From positions 1 through 64,000 of IMG/VR virus record IMGVR_UViG_3300028115_001816: DNA of 64,000 nt; one strand, given 5' to 3'. The position numbers were made by a program, and so were the translations under genes. Shown piece after piece: positions 29,701 through 37,041 of the stretch (position 1 is the stretch's first letter; each line of letters opens with the position of its first letter). Source of the DNA: a virus. The notes below the pieces were generated by a model. The model was given only the letters and a program-made list of their open reading frames with translations, did no database searches and was not told the origin of the DNA.

Positions 29701-31032
29701 GTTTTTAGTTCTCCTCCAAGAAACGGAGCTCATATACATGCGTTTGTGTATAGCCAAGAAACAGATAGAGATGCACCAACAAGAATAGCATTACAAACTA
29801 CAACACTAACTTCAGGTACATTCATATATGCATTAGATAATACAGTAAATTATGCACAACCTTTTAGTGCAAATACAGTAGTAGAAATAGATAATGTAAG
29901 GCTGCGTCCTGCAAACTCTGCATACTATACAGGTGATGGAGCAACAACACAATATAATATTGCGGGCACTGCAGGTGAATCTACAATTGGAAATATAAAT
30001 GATATAGGTGTTACAGTTATTTCAAAGTCTACAGGACAAGCACTAAATGGTGTAAGAGATATAGATTTTACTGTAGCCACAGGAGTAAATTTCATAACAC
30101 TTACTACTGCACCTGCTGACGGTGATACAATAATTGTGTATAACAATGCAGATGCAGAGTATATAATTAGTGCGTCCGGTGAAGAAATTGTAATTAATAG
30201 CTCAGTAAGTTTTACAAGTAGTAGTGTAATGCGTGTCAATACTTTTGCAAATCACGATCCTTTACGTATACAAACTAAGGTATACGAAGGAGACCCTGGT
30301 GGAGGTAGATATCAATTTGATAGAACTATTACTGATACTGCTTATCTTTGGGTAACTTTAGATGGACTTAGAATTCATCCAGGAGAATTTAGTGTTGAAA
30401 ATAATGAAATAGTAATGAGTGAAGTCATTAGTGATACTTTGACTGCTAGTAGTTTAATAGTTGCTACTCATATAACTGAAAATACAATGGGTCCTAGTAC
30501 AGGTTTTAGAATATTCCAAGACATGAACGGAAACATAGAATATTTAAGATTGTGTAAAGATAACACTACTACTACAGTTTTGCCTGCTCTACCTACAGAT
30601 ACGAAGATATATGTGAACGATGCAAGTGTCCTTCCGTATATAGAACCAACAAGTGAATACCCAGGTGTAGTGTTTATTGGCGGCGAAAGAATAACTTATT
30701 GGGAAGTAAATTTAGAGGAAAATTATATTACAGGATTACGTAGAGCAACAAACGGTACTGCTATGGTACAACGTATGACAGAAGGCTTTTTAGTAGTTGA
30801 TGGAGGAAAAGATCAACTATTGCCTGCTACAAATACGCATACAAATACTTGGTATAATGCAGGTTCAGGTACTGCAGCAGACGGTTTAGGATTACAACAA
30901 TCTACTACTACAAATGCAAACTTTTTAAATGCTTGCCAGGCAGAAATTCCTAATTTTAGAGCAGAATTGAATGCCGGTGAATATATGGTTGACGACTATG
31001 TAGTTGATGACTACGTAGAAGTAAGACAATAA
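17764..31032 (+). CDS. Giant (4422 aa) baseplate wedge/virion protein with FG-GAP propeller and CBM5/12-like modules
   Basis: Uninterrupted ORF after gp6; FDKLVNYGEYFWLP and EVKPYKTKIRE segments; seven FG-GAP-like repeats; two WxxxxxYxxGD modules. Confidence 0.75.
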   Translation: MALKKSSVLLPSVFQTIKNEKFLNATVDQLISEPNLKRFNSFIGRKFAPNFTVGDGYIQEASVDRQNYQLEPAVVSRNDANQIEHLTGYIDFVNKLGYNNVDTTRHNDLFSQQYYNYSGFVDFDKLVNYGEYFWLPAGPDSVQVFNSIVDTEKTYTVYRSGDDIRFDSTTADPNRTIILARGGTYNFELSETGNPFWIQTETGTSGISSYSTATSTREVLGVSNNGATTGTVTFTVPDVDTQNEEINAVQAANPDFATDLTYRQIHNQPYSTFIDTHGGIDKQTIIDGKTLVFVNTSTISSDWSSAPITEGGFGSSFDETTVIDIENRYDVYNIEIQTIDSVDTIILTRVTDWPQGQKVKIKQGDSYGSREFFKGGDSLPKLIAPYTAGATTLYYQDGSVENKFGKITLVEIDEISPIDIENDIVGKTVYTSDNDVTFTNGLKVEFNSDVTPSTYASREYFVEGVGQPQGITLTPVDELLTPETYSVSSSDGFDTVAYDAGGWDGTLNAPTTQDYIVINRSSPDRNAWSRGNRWFHRAVIEATAGYNEYTAVIDDSARAKRPIIEFYGGLELYNMGTTSKAPVTVVDTTQTDAFSNVNGSTGYFADGIDLQQDNTVIFSADTDSDVSNKVYRVDIVDQDANISTDPIINLVQIDTVADGDCVLSTLGATNQGKQYWLDGTTWRTAQQKTTINQDPLFDIFDPDHVSFSDQTKYPSSNFVGNKLFSYKRNGNAAPDAILNFGLTYKNFSTLGDIVFDNNFDTDKFQYTKNTGNVNVILRSGHVHQFDAQGARSLYNGWTKVLEQSVQYQVVSYDVTANELYSFEIGASVDTTKTIQPLRVFVNGKFIAPSKYTHLVQSEREYVVFTNKLAVDDVVTIKFFSNTKASNSFYEVPSNLENNSSNATFPTLTLGQMRNHVTTFSTFIQDLSGVAPGNSNIRDKNFRGYPGDILQHSAGLITPIYALTNNEANVIKSINYVKNEYTKFKNSFIDNINKLDLDLTNPSKCVDDIITHMVGKKTSAFPFYYSDMLPWGSQKSQVVYTIDDSTEVEFEFTTQFDLTSISNRGVLVYKNTTLLVEGKDYTFDTVEAKVLLTTNNLGTSNIGLAVNDTITIVEYSNNEGSFCPPTPSKLGLYYKFEPYKYTDNTYTTAKTVVQGHDGSTWIGYNDIRDDIVLEFEKRVYNNIKTQYKTNLFDFSEVKPGYFRSSLTNLNESNNIIRSYFGEWALKNKVRLQENTITDNTNLFTWNYTTSVNTLNRERIPGYWRGIYRWFYDTDTPHTTPWEMLGLSVKPMWWDDRYGEAPYTSGNTVLWEDLRDGKLYSDATGTTFTTVTNRKRPDLLTIIPVDPQGNLRAPGEFLTEGTVVTNNNEPWAFSDGSPAETAWVRSSEYPFVMQILAANLRPAKYGALMFDTNLLEYNAVYDQILQTGKSYRPALNDLQMHGTLLTDGTVQKAEGYNQFISEYITSTGFSINDTITNFKNLELNLCYGIAGFTDKKYLKVVAESVTPSSESENIFIPDENLNIFLKKSLPLERILYSGVQIIKRTNGYELQGYDTENPFFKIIPSERTTNPYEHTVGQNTYFEFQQYENVIANIPYGTVITTKQQVFDFLVSYQRYLLSKGFVFDGITSRGDKNDFVTGGKEFAFWTDQNWETNSVIVLSPFSEGLKLNRALATVDDITVNGSPKDANGSIINPKFYDVTRIDNFVEIILDKENTQLYSVQLDPIQYEHAIVLDNQTIFNDVIFQPELGNRHDRLKLIGSKSGDWNGTLHAPGFFLNEDKINIWQSYVDYKKGDLVSFQNKTYSAKYEITGSNIFNFDDWNVVNNMQTGLIKNLTNKASQFKEFFEIDGLNLEDGVDKLGKGTIGFNQKDYLAGLGLDDVSQVKFYQGMIKQKGTGSAINKLIDAKLTNLDQSIDYFEEWAFRVGEYGSIDSNQVIEAIIPEENATNNPVVIHYHNNGELSTLTDDDHYHIQQKDLYKTPNNYTSDVFPIRDSNTDTKNDLDTAGYARLDDVDYTAFTADELVDLSNNLAVIGKGDKIWTATDTNNTWSIRRVDETLSTITSVQSTGNGYLIYTTDTNHGLVKDDFVIIRAQQPIGKVAKIFEVSSPNSFTIADTTTEADIQNVSIPMFKLSNVRFTQASDLSSYTPINGWNNKEVVWVDKDKENKWSVLQNTRPWTTTGIKSTASVTASDNLGTSITINAQGTLAIAGAPEQDAGAIIPFRRAESGALVEGNIRTDATIGDSLDRFGEAVAAGIDYIAVGAPETETGTGAVFIYFVDVAGDLNRRPTIRPSGLSSSANFGKSVVMSGNGRYLFVGAPGDNTIYAYTLVTIPESSVAVDTITSDTSAIYSINFTPISQETLNVVDQNGKVYLPNKDFTLSGPSQITFTANPANLLQIVVRQQDYFALSDTITPFDSMSGDNYGYSIDCDYSGRNIVVGAPNASVAGTDSAVIADAGEVSVISQVVQQFAGDGSTKIFTTQETLQTKIFVEVDGILQTETDNADVPTDNDGSSEGFYLRSSNTITFKYSPASGAKIVVYTGTYFEKQKIDQNVTGQTPSTGEQFGYSVAIDSRGTMIAIGSPGEDEIDIDTGSVFVFQDSGKNYGTVTTNTPHNQTSGDTFYIDNRLITVTSSADNPSNLASDINLASIPGVTASVNSNGAIVITSTNTEEYNKLTINPGTGQMFARDDVFEIFKFTQKINHPQGASNENFGRAVAFDKYINNVTLLGGTRNLVASSDKASTRLSVRFDVESNSNKENYLDATTTFDAEGTTFTDKRTESGAAYLYELLDAHSATIDNPDKLVFGQQLTTTNVATADQFGFSVAFNDNRIYVGSPQDTIVRGSVTLTNSGSVYEFNNDNRLSSWTAIRNEDTRIDVTQINRVALYNKNTKEISVFLDYIDPVKGKIAGVANAELSYVSKTDPAMYANSLWSYKYKHRLWWDTSTVHYLNAEQSDLDYRKNYWGTTFPGSTIDVYEWIESNVPPSEYTGEGTVKDVNLFTSANVYNSSSDSTQLRYYFWVSGRTDIPTEAEFRTISADSVRSLIEDPKAQGLPYVTFLDRDAVALYNCKDYFADQDTVFSVNYDVVKNEGVLHSEFELFGKGNTDQDIPTRIYNKLVDSLAGSDSVGNIVPDPFLSEVEKYGVLTQPRQSMFVNRASALKVLVEYCNKIFKTAPFAKNSTMTKLLSSENIPTVNSGEYNKSVDTLAERDYLNTAILSTGYKVLVLEDESKSDYWTIYSLNADKTWLLVNIQGYNTADYWSYATYYATGYDSTTVPNFQVPTEADLQTLTTAVEGDVAKVVSNDSGDMSMFALDNNGTWNEVITEKGTIQFNASLYSFATLNSNFQATGFDNDGFDFGSFDKVPTQEIRQIFDALTNDIFVDTYKINMNELFFRLMEYALNETSFTNDWIFKSSFISVAHKLRSLDQYNTFKYDNTTFIENFIEEVKPYKTKIREYISKYDKVDQFDGDTTDFDLHPFYDSELSFFRSPSGDYSGDEVLQTQGLNKPWSENYGYRLDSISIVNAGSGYLTDPTVTISAPQLAGGVQATATATTNGDIITSITMANKGSGYTSEPTVTITGSGTGILVSPRLVNNTVRSFDTTIKFDRITYSSDIKDWTANTAYTTGDIVAYQNTTTQTQEVYTVTADFTSGTTFSVEDASGTTVLTVKADEDFTNTADRIHAYYYPSSGMIGDDLELLQKGTGYLGTKVTGPGFDQNPGFDSSNFDVIGFDNFEIDEEGLAVLAGVDTVFRGTEFADDAIGSEYIVRGYVADGYTSRVSLGLDPESIIVDGAGFVDTYNSHAPEELIPGRVYDTLDMEVYTHPSHDYEVDGGSPQIQHTSYSNLLDSFSEGFVEPGYVEGDYVSLTGTTISQRDFQYGDPTKSSEDYEYLIVYQNDLRIYNFTTNYTDKTVTLTDPILATDSIHIYAYSQVGEKLIGEYTEIGDGSSVNFLLGNTPAQTKQTLVFVDGVETSVTVSEQDDRTLIVFSSPPRNGAHIHAFVYSQETDRDAPTRIALQTTTLTSGTFIYALDNTVNYAQPFSANTVVEIDNVRLRPANSAYYTGDGATTQYNIAGTAGESTIGNINDIGVTVISKSTGQALNGVRDIDFTVATGVNFITLTTAPADGDTIIVYNNADAEYIISASGEEIVINSSVSFTSSSVMRVNTFANHDPLRIQTKVYEGDPGGGRYQFDRTITDTAYLWVTLDGLRIHPGEFSVENNEIVMSEVISDTLTASSLIVATHITENTMGPSTGFRIFQDMNGNIEYLRLCKDNTTTTVLPALPTDTKIYVNDASVLPYIEPTSEYPGVVFIGGERITYWEVNLEENYITGLRRATNGTAMVQRMTEGFLVVDGGKDQLLPATNTHTNTWYNAGSGTAADGLGLQQSTTTNANFLNACQAEIPNFRAELNAGEYMVDDYVVDDYVEVRQ

Positions 31033-31038
31033 TGTGTT

Positions 31039-31046
31039 GATAAATA
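31039..31046 (+). promoter_or_regulatory. Late promoter variant GATAAATA
   Basis: Intergenic, upstream of GAGGA SD of tail fibre gene. Confidence 0.65.
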
Positions 31047-31083
31047 CTCTTATACGCATTGATATACTAAGGATGAGGATAAA

Positions 31084-33891
31084 ATGGCAATAACACTTAG
31101 AGGAAATAAAAGTCAAGCACTGACATTTAATGAAATGGACGGTAACTTTACTGACTTGGATGGAAGAGCTACAACGCTTGAAGGTAGTACTGTACAAACA
31201 GTTAATGGATTAAGTCCTACAAGTAATGCAATAACAATAACCACTGCAAACATTACTGAAAATACAAACTTATATTATACTGATGCAAGAGCCAGAGCTA
31301 GTATAAGTGTTGTTGATAGTGGAGGTGATGGTAGCATAGGTTACAACAGCAGTACAGGGGCAATAACTTATACTGGACCAAGTGCTTCTGAAGTAAGAGC
31401 TCACTTTAGTGCAGGTGAAGGCATTGATATATCCTCCGGTACAATATCTGGTGAAGATGCATCCTCATCAAATAAAGGCATAGCATCCTTCTCTGGATCG
31501 GAATTTACAGTGACATCAGGTGATGTTGCAATTAATGACGCAACAACCTCTGCTAAAGGTATTGCTTCATTTAGTAGTGATCATTTTGACGTATCATCAG
31601 GTGCAGTTACAATTAAAGCAGACAGTATTGATGATACTCATATAGACTTTGGTACAGGCACAAATCAAGTTAGTACTGCAGATATTCCTGAAGAAACTAA
31701 TTTATATTATACAAATGCACGTGCCGATTCACGTATTTCTTCTGCAAGTGTTGGGGATTTAAGTGACGTTGATATAACAACTTCAGCACCAAGTGCAAAT
31801 GATGTATTAACATGGAACGCAGTGGATGGTGAATTTCAGCCAGCTGCAGCACCTGGTGCGGCAGGTGGTGAAGCAAACACTGGTAGTAATGTAGGTACAG
31901 GAAGTGGATTATTCAAAACTAAAGTAGGTTCTGATTTACAATTCAAAAGTATAATTGGTACAGATCCAATTGTTGCAACATCAAATACAAACGATGTAAC
32001 TTTAACTTGGGATCCTGCAGCAGATCTTGATATTAATTCAAATAAATTAAGAAACGTCACAGATCCAACAAGTGCTCAAGATGCTGCAACTAAAGCATAT
32101 GTAGATAGTCAAGTAAGTTCAGTCAGTACAACTGCAATTAGTCAAGGTAACAGTGATGTTACTGTAACAGACAGTGGAACTGGACAGGTAGTTACTACTA
32201 TTGATGGTACTGCAGAATTAACAATAGTAAGTGCAAGTGCAACATTTGGTGGTAACATAATTATACCAGATGCAGGCAATATTGGTAGTGCAAGTGATAC
32301 AGATGCTATAGCAATTGCATCTGATGGAAATGTGACATTCAGTCAAGATGTAACTGTGACTGGTGATTTAACTGTAAATGGAGACACAACAACTGTCAGT
32401 ACTACTAATATGGTAGTAAGTGATAACTTAATTGAACTTAATAATGGTGCATCAAGTAACGCAAACGATAGTGGTATTGTTATTGAAAGAGGAAGTACAG
32501 GCGATAATGCATTTATAGGTTGGGATGAATCATCTGATAAATTTATAGTAGGTACAACTACTGCTACAGGTGCAAGTACAGGTACTCTTGCAATTACAAC
32601 AGGAACACTAGTAGCAAACGTTGAAGGCAATGTCACTGGTGACGTAACTGGTGATGTAACTGGAAATGCTGATACTGCTACAAGTGCAGCAACTCTTACT
32701 ACAGCCAGAGCAATTGCACTAAGTGGTGATGTTGTAGGAACTGCAAACTTTGATGGTAGTGCAGGAATAAGTATTTCTACTACAATCCAGGCTAATAGTG
32801 TTGCATTGGGTACAGATACAACTGGTAGCTATGTAGAATCATTAGTTGCTGGTGCATTAATTGATTTACAAAATAACACTGGTGAGGGAGCTACTCCTAC
32901 TATTGATGTTGACTTGTCGGAACTTACAGACGGTACAGAAGATATCATAGGGTCACAAGACGAATTAGTTTATCTGGATAATGGAAGTCAAAAACGTAAA
33001 CTTATTTCAGAAATATCAATTGGTGAATTTACAACTGCAAATCAAATTGCATTAGGGACTGATACAACCGGAAACTATGTTGCCGCAGGTGCTACAAGCG
33101 GTAGTGGTATTAGCGGTAGTGTAAGTAGTGAAGGTGGAACATTTACAGTTACATCAAACGCAACTAATGCAAATACCGGTTCAACTATTGTATTCCGTGA
33201 CGGTAGTGGAAATTTTAGTGCAGGTACTATTACTGCTAATTTAACAGGTAACGTTACAGGAGACGTAACAGGTGATCTTACTGGCAATGCTGATACTGCT
33301 ACAACTGCTACATCTGCAACAAGTGCAACGTCTGCAACAAGTGCAACTACTGCAACTACTGCTACTAATGTTACAACAACAGATAATACTGCAAACAATG
33401 AAACAGTATACATTACATTTGTAGATGGAACAAGTGGCGGACAAGGTATCGAAGTTGATAGTACAGGATTAACATACAATCCAAGTACAAACACATTAAC
33501 AACAAGTGTTTTTAGTGGAGAAGCAACTGCAGCACAATACGCTGACTTGGCAGAAAAATACACAACTGATGAAACATATTTACCAGGAACAGTAATGGCA
33601 GTAGGTGGTGATGCAGAAACAACTGCAGCAAGTGCAAGTTCACAATACATAGCAGGTGTTATATCAACAGATCCTGCGTATTTAATGAATAGTGGCTCAG
33701 ATGGACAAGCAATTGCACTAGTTGGTCGTGTACCGGTTAGAGTAGTTGGTAGTGTAACAAAAGGACAAGCAGTATTTGCAACAGATAATGGTGTAGCAAG
33801 TACAGATGGTACAGGCCCAATCGTTGGAATTGCATTAGAAACAAATAGCAATTCAGACGAAAAGAGTGTAGAATGTATGCTTAAGGTGTAA
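31084..33891 (+). CDS. Tail fibre/spike with C-terminal intramolecular chaperone-like domain
   Basis: T/S/G-rich; repeats TNLYYTxARA x2, KGIASFS x2, ALGTDTTG x2, GNVTGDVTG x2; C-terminal YADLAE...GRVPVRV. Confidence 0.8.
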   Translation: MAITLRGNKSQALTFNEMDGNFTDLDGRATTLEGSTVQTVNGLSPTSNAITITTANITENTNLYYTDARARASISVVDSGGDGSIGYNSSTGAITYTGPSASEVRAHFSAGEGIDISSGTISGEDASSSNKGIASFSGSEFTVTSGDVAINDATTSAKGIASFSSDHFDVSSGAVTIKADSIDDTHIDFGTGTNQVSTADIPEETNLYYTNARADSRISSASVGDLSDVDITTSAPSANDVLTWNAVDGEFQPAAAPGAAGGEANTGSNVGTGSGLFKTKVGSDLQFKSIIGTDPIVATSNTNDVTLTWDPAADLDINSNKLRNVTDPTSAQDAATKAYVDSQVSSVSTTAISQGNSDVTVTDSGTGQVVTTIDGTAELTIVSASATFGGNIIIPDAGNIGSASDTDAIAIASDGNVTFSQDVTVTGDLTVNGDTTTVSTTNMVVSDNLIELNNGASSNANDSGIVIERGSTGDNAFIGWDESSDKFIVGTTTATGASTGTLAITTGTLVANVEGNVTGDVTGDVTGNADTATSAATLTTARAIALSGDVVGTANFDGSAGISISTTIQANSVALGTDTTGSYVESLVAGALIDLQNNTGEGATPTIDVDLSELTDGTEDIIGSQDELVYLDNGSQKRKLISEISIGEFTTANQIALGTDTTGNYVAAGATSGSGISGSVSSEGGTFTVTSNATNANTGSTIVFRDGSGNFSAGTITANLTGNVTGDVTGDLTGNADTATTATSATSATSATSATTATTATNVTTTDNTANNETVYITFVDGTSGGQGIEVDSTGLTYNPSTNTLTTSVFSGEATAAQYADLAEKYTTDETYLPGTVMAVGGDAETTAASASSQYIAGVISTDPAYLMNSGSDGQAIALVGRVPVRVVGSVTKGQAVFATDNGVASTDGTGPIVGIALETNSNSDEKSVECMLKV

Positions 33892-33893
33892 TA

Positions 33894-34559
33894 ATGAAAG
33901 ATAACGATATGGAAAAAACGGATATTGAACAACCTCAAGCACCAGAAAGTGCAATTAAAGATACTAGCGGTGTAATGATGGAAGGACACATTCGTATTTT
34001 TGATCCTGAAACAGGTGAAGATTACGTTAATAAAAGAAATGCTATACACTATGAAAATATGAGCGAAGCACTTGCATTAAGTATAGCAAACAAAACAACA
34101 GGTTTTATACATGAAATGAGTTTTGGTAATGGTGGCACTAGTGTAGATCCTACAGGTGTTATTACGTATCTACCAGCAAATAGCAGTGGTAGTAATGCAA
34201 ACTTATACAACCAAACATATTACAAAGTAGTAGATGATAATAGTAGTTTGAATACAGATACTGCTAGAAATAAACTTACAATTAGTCATACAACAGGACA
34301 AATTTACACTGATATAGTTGTAAGTTGTTTGCTTGATTACGGTGAACCTAATAGTCAAGCGGCGTTTGATAACACAAGTAATTTTAATGATACATATACA
34401 TTTGATGAGCTTGGTTTAAGAAGTTGGACAGGTACAGTGAACACAGGTAAACTGTTAACCCATGTTGTTTTTCATCCTGTACAAAAAAGTTTGAATAGAC
34501 TTATACAAATAGATTATACAGTTAGAATACAAACATTGACTAATCTTAGTAGTATATAA
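33894..34559 (+). CDS. Hypothetical virion structural protein
   Basis: Within tail block; NAIH, FGNGG, FDELGL, LLTHVVFHPVQKS. Confidence 0.6.
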   Translation: MKDNDMEKTDIEQPQAPESAIKDTSGVMMEGHIRIFDPETGEDYVNKRNAIHYENMSEALALSIANKTTGFIHEMSFGNGGTSVDPTGVITYLPANSSGSNANLYNQTYYKVVDDNSSLNTDTARNKLTISHTTGQIYTDIVVSCLLDYGEPNSQAAFDNTSNFNDTYTFDELGLRSWTGTVNTGKLLTHVVFHPVQKSLNRLIQIDYTVRIQTLTNLSSI

Positions 34560-34579
34560 TATACTATGTTAATTTAGTT

Positions 34580-34587
34580 GATAAATA
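34580..34587 (+). promoter_or_regulatory. Late promoter variant GATAAATA
   Basis: Intergenic, upstream of GGAG SD and ATG 34617. Confidence 0.65.
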
Positions 34588-34616
34588 TTACTAACGAATA
34601 GCGGAGCAACTTAAAG

Positions 34617-36071
34617 ATGGCTTATACAGTTAATAAAACCAATGGCACAATCCTTGCTACAGTAGCAGATGGTACAATTGATACAACAACTGATCTTACA
34701 CTAATAGGTAAGAACTATGCAGGATACGGTGAATTTTTTAATGAAAATTTGGTAAAATTATTAGAAAATTTTGCAAATACTAGTGCACCTAGTAGTCCAA
34801 TTGCTGGTCAAATGTGGTGGGATAGTACAAACAGTTTATTAAAAGTTTACACAGGTACTGCTTTTAAAACAGTAAGTAGTAGTACTTCAAGTGCAAGTAC
34901 ACCTACTACAAATGTTACTGGTGATTTATGGTGGGACACAACTAACGGACAGTTAAAGGTTTACAACGGAACAAGTTTTACAACTATTGGCCCAAGTTTT
35001 ACAAGTGGCACAGGAACTTCAGGTGCTATTGTTGAAACAGTAACTGACAGTGGTGCAACAGATCACGTAGTAGTAAAAATATACACAAACAATACAGTGG
35101 TAGCAACAGTATCAAAAGATGCTACATTTACTCCGCAATCAGCTCTTTCAGGATTTGCAACAATTAAACCAGGTGTTCAACTTTCAACTGCAGTTTCAAA
35201 TGCAAAATTCCAAGGTACTGCAACAGATTCAGACCAACTAGGTGGTATTGCTGCAGCAAACTTTTTACGTAGTGATGCAAGTGATAGTACAAGTGGCGTA
35301 CTTAGTGTACTTAATGATACAGGAATTGTTGTTGGTGTTGACAGTGACTTTACGGTAGGTGTTAGCGGAAGTGACATTAGTTTAAGTAATGCAACAAGTG
35401 ATGGTGATATACTAATTAAAGTGAATGATGGCGGCGTTGTTTCAACTGCTATGACATTTGACGGTGCTACAAACCGTGTAAGTGTTGCAGGAGCACCAAC
35501 CGATAGTTTACATATTGCAACAAAAGCATATGTTGATGCTACAGTATCAGGTGCAGGAGCACTAGCAACCACAGGTGGTACAATGACAGGTGATATACTT
35601 GTAAGTGGCACAGTAAACTTTGGTAGTAGCGGAAATAGAGTTAGTACAGTATTTGCAACAACATTTAATGGAACTGCTACTGCAGCTGAATATGCTGACT
35701 TGGCAGAAAATTTTGTACCAGACAACAATTATGCACCAGGCACAGTAGTTGCACTAGGTGGTGTAGAAGAAATTACTGCAGTAAATGAAGAATTATCAGA
35801 TAAAGTGTTTGGTGTTGTAAGTAGTCAACCAGCATATTTAATGAATAGTGCTCAACAAGGCGGTGCACCAGTTGCGGTAGCCGGAAGAGTGCCTGTAAGA
35901 GTTACAGGAAGAATAAATAAAGGTGATAGACTTGTTAGTGCTGGTAACGGACTTGCAAGAGCAGCAAATACAGAAGAATCAATAAATGCTTTTAATGTAA
36001 TTGGTAGAGCAATTCAAACTAAAAATACACTAGAAGAAGGCACAGTGGAAGCCTTTGTTACCATTAATTAA
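34617..36071 (+). CDS. Short tail fibre with C-terminal chaperone-like domain
   Basis: LIGKNYAGYGE..LLENFA, two GxxWWD..LKVY repeats, YADLAE...GRVPVRV C-terminus. Confidence 0.75.
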   Translation: MAYTVNKTNGTILATVADGTIDTTTDLTLIGKNYAGYGEFFNENLVKLLENFANTSAPSSPIAGQMWWDSTNSLLKVYTGTAFKTVSSSTSSASTPTTNVTGDLWWDTTNGQLKVYNGTSFTTIGPSFTSGTGTSGAIVETVTDSGATDHVVVKIYTNNTVVATVSKDATFTPQSALSGFATIKPGVQLSTAVSNAKFQGTATDSDQLGGIAAANFLRSDASDSTSGVLSVLNDTGIVVGVDSDFTVGVSGSDISLSNATSDGDILIKVNDGGVVSTAMTFDGATNRVSVAGAPTDSLHIATKAYVDATVSGAGALATTGGTMTGDILVSGTVNFGSSGNRVSTVFATTFNGTATAAEYADLAENFVPDNNYAPGTVVALGGVEEITAVNEELSDKVFGVVSSQPAYLMNSAQQGGAPVAVAGRVPVRVTGRINKGDRLVSAGNGLARAANTEESINAFNVIGRAIQTKNTLEEGTVEAFVTIN

Positions 36072-36084
36072 CGGAGAAATTTAA

Positions 36085-36984
36085 ATGGCTTACACCTCAG
36101 GTGATACAATACTAGACAATCATTATAATGATTTTGCAACTTCAGTAAATGCAATATGGGGTTCAGGATCAGGCGATAAAGGATATGGACAAACTAATAC
36201 AGTAAGTAGTGTTAGTGCAGGTACAACTGTAACAGCTTCGCAATGGACAACATTACTAGCAAGAATTACTAGTGCTGCAAACCATCAAAGCTCAAGTATT
36301 ACTAGTATTAGTAATCCTAGTGCAGGTGATACAATTAGTGCATATGCTGCTTTATCAGGAAATATTAGTACAATTACAACTAACAGATTAAATGTACATG
36401 CAAGAGATTCAATTTCAGAATCAAGTTGTAGTACAACAACTACACTTACTGGTACAATTGAACAACGTGGTACATGGGCTTGGGGAAGTGAAGCACAAGC
36501 AAGATACTTTTTTAATGCTGGCGGAAGACTACGTGTACGTTGGGATTTAACTGGACACACTAGTGACAGTAAAGCAAATGAATGGAATAACTTAGCAGCA
36601 GCTTGTGGTAACTTTTATATCTATGCACAAAGTTCAGGTAAGTCAGGTGGTAGTGGAAGTGCTAGTACAAATAATGGAAATGCAGGTTGGCACGATATGA
36701 CAGGTTCTTATGTAACTTATTTTCAACAATATGAAGATACAGGACCATACACTGCAAGTAACATTCAACTAGAATATTATAAAACAGGCGGTAGTGTACT
36801 ATTTAGAAGTAAATGGAACGATGCCGCTGCAGACCAAACTAGTTATAACAAAAACATTTATAACGTACTAGACCAAGTTGATGGCACAAAACTCACCTAT
36901 TTTGGACACGAAGAGCCAACAACAACTTACATTTCAGATACATGGGGCAATGGTCCTTCACAAACTGTTAACGCTAACGGTTAA
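36085..36984 (+). CDS. Ser/Thr/Gly-rich virion protein
   Basis: GGAG SD; GYGQT, ARYFFNAGG motifs; last gene of tail block. Confidence 0.6.
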   Translation: MAYTSGDTILDNHYNDFATSVNAIWGSGSGDKGYGQTNTVSSVSAGTTVTASQWTTLLARITSAANHQSSSITSISNPSAGDTISAYAALSGNISTITTNRLNVHARDSISESSCSTTTTLTGTIEQRGTWAWGSEAQARYFFNAGGRLRVRWDLTGHTSDSKANEWNNLAAACGNFYIYAQSSGKSGGSGSASTNNGNAGWHDMTGSYVTYFQQYEDTGPYTASNIQLEYYKTGGSVLFRSKWNDAAADQTSYNKNIYNVLDQVDGTKLTYFGHEEPTTTYISDTWGNGPSQTVNANG

Positions 36985-37006
36985 TTGTAAAACAAAATTT
37001 TTATAC

Positions 37007-37035
37007 TTGACAGGCGCTACGGCGCCTGTTATAAT
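37007..37035 (+). promoter_or_regulatory. Consensus sigma70 promoter TTGACA-N17-TATAAT, extended -10, leaderless
   Basis: TTGACA 37007-37012, TG 37027-37028, TATAAT 37030-37035, ATG at 37042. Confidence 0.85.
37010..37029. repeat. Perfect inverted repeat ACAGGCGC-TACG-GCGCCTGT (cUACGg hairpin)
   Basis: 8-bp GC-rich stem with UNCG loop in an AT-rich intergenic region; no clear U tract. Confidence 0.85.
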
Positions 37036-37041
37036 ATCAGC

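Noticed and set aside
33075-34049. 324-aa antisense ORF (and similar ones at 24030, 35177, 18988)
   Set aside because: Shadow frames of T/S/A/G-rich structural genes; no SD or recognisable motifs.
33532-36071. Possible diversity-generating retroelement template/variable repeat pair
   Set aside because: Similarity is mostly at protein level, differences are not adenine-specific, and no reverse transcriptase is in the window.
37010-37035. Classical rho-independent terminator
   Set aside because: Strong stem but no U tract on either strand; kept as an inverted repeat.
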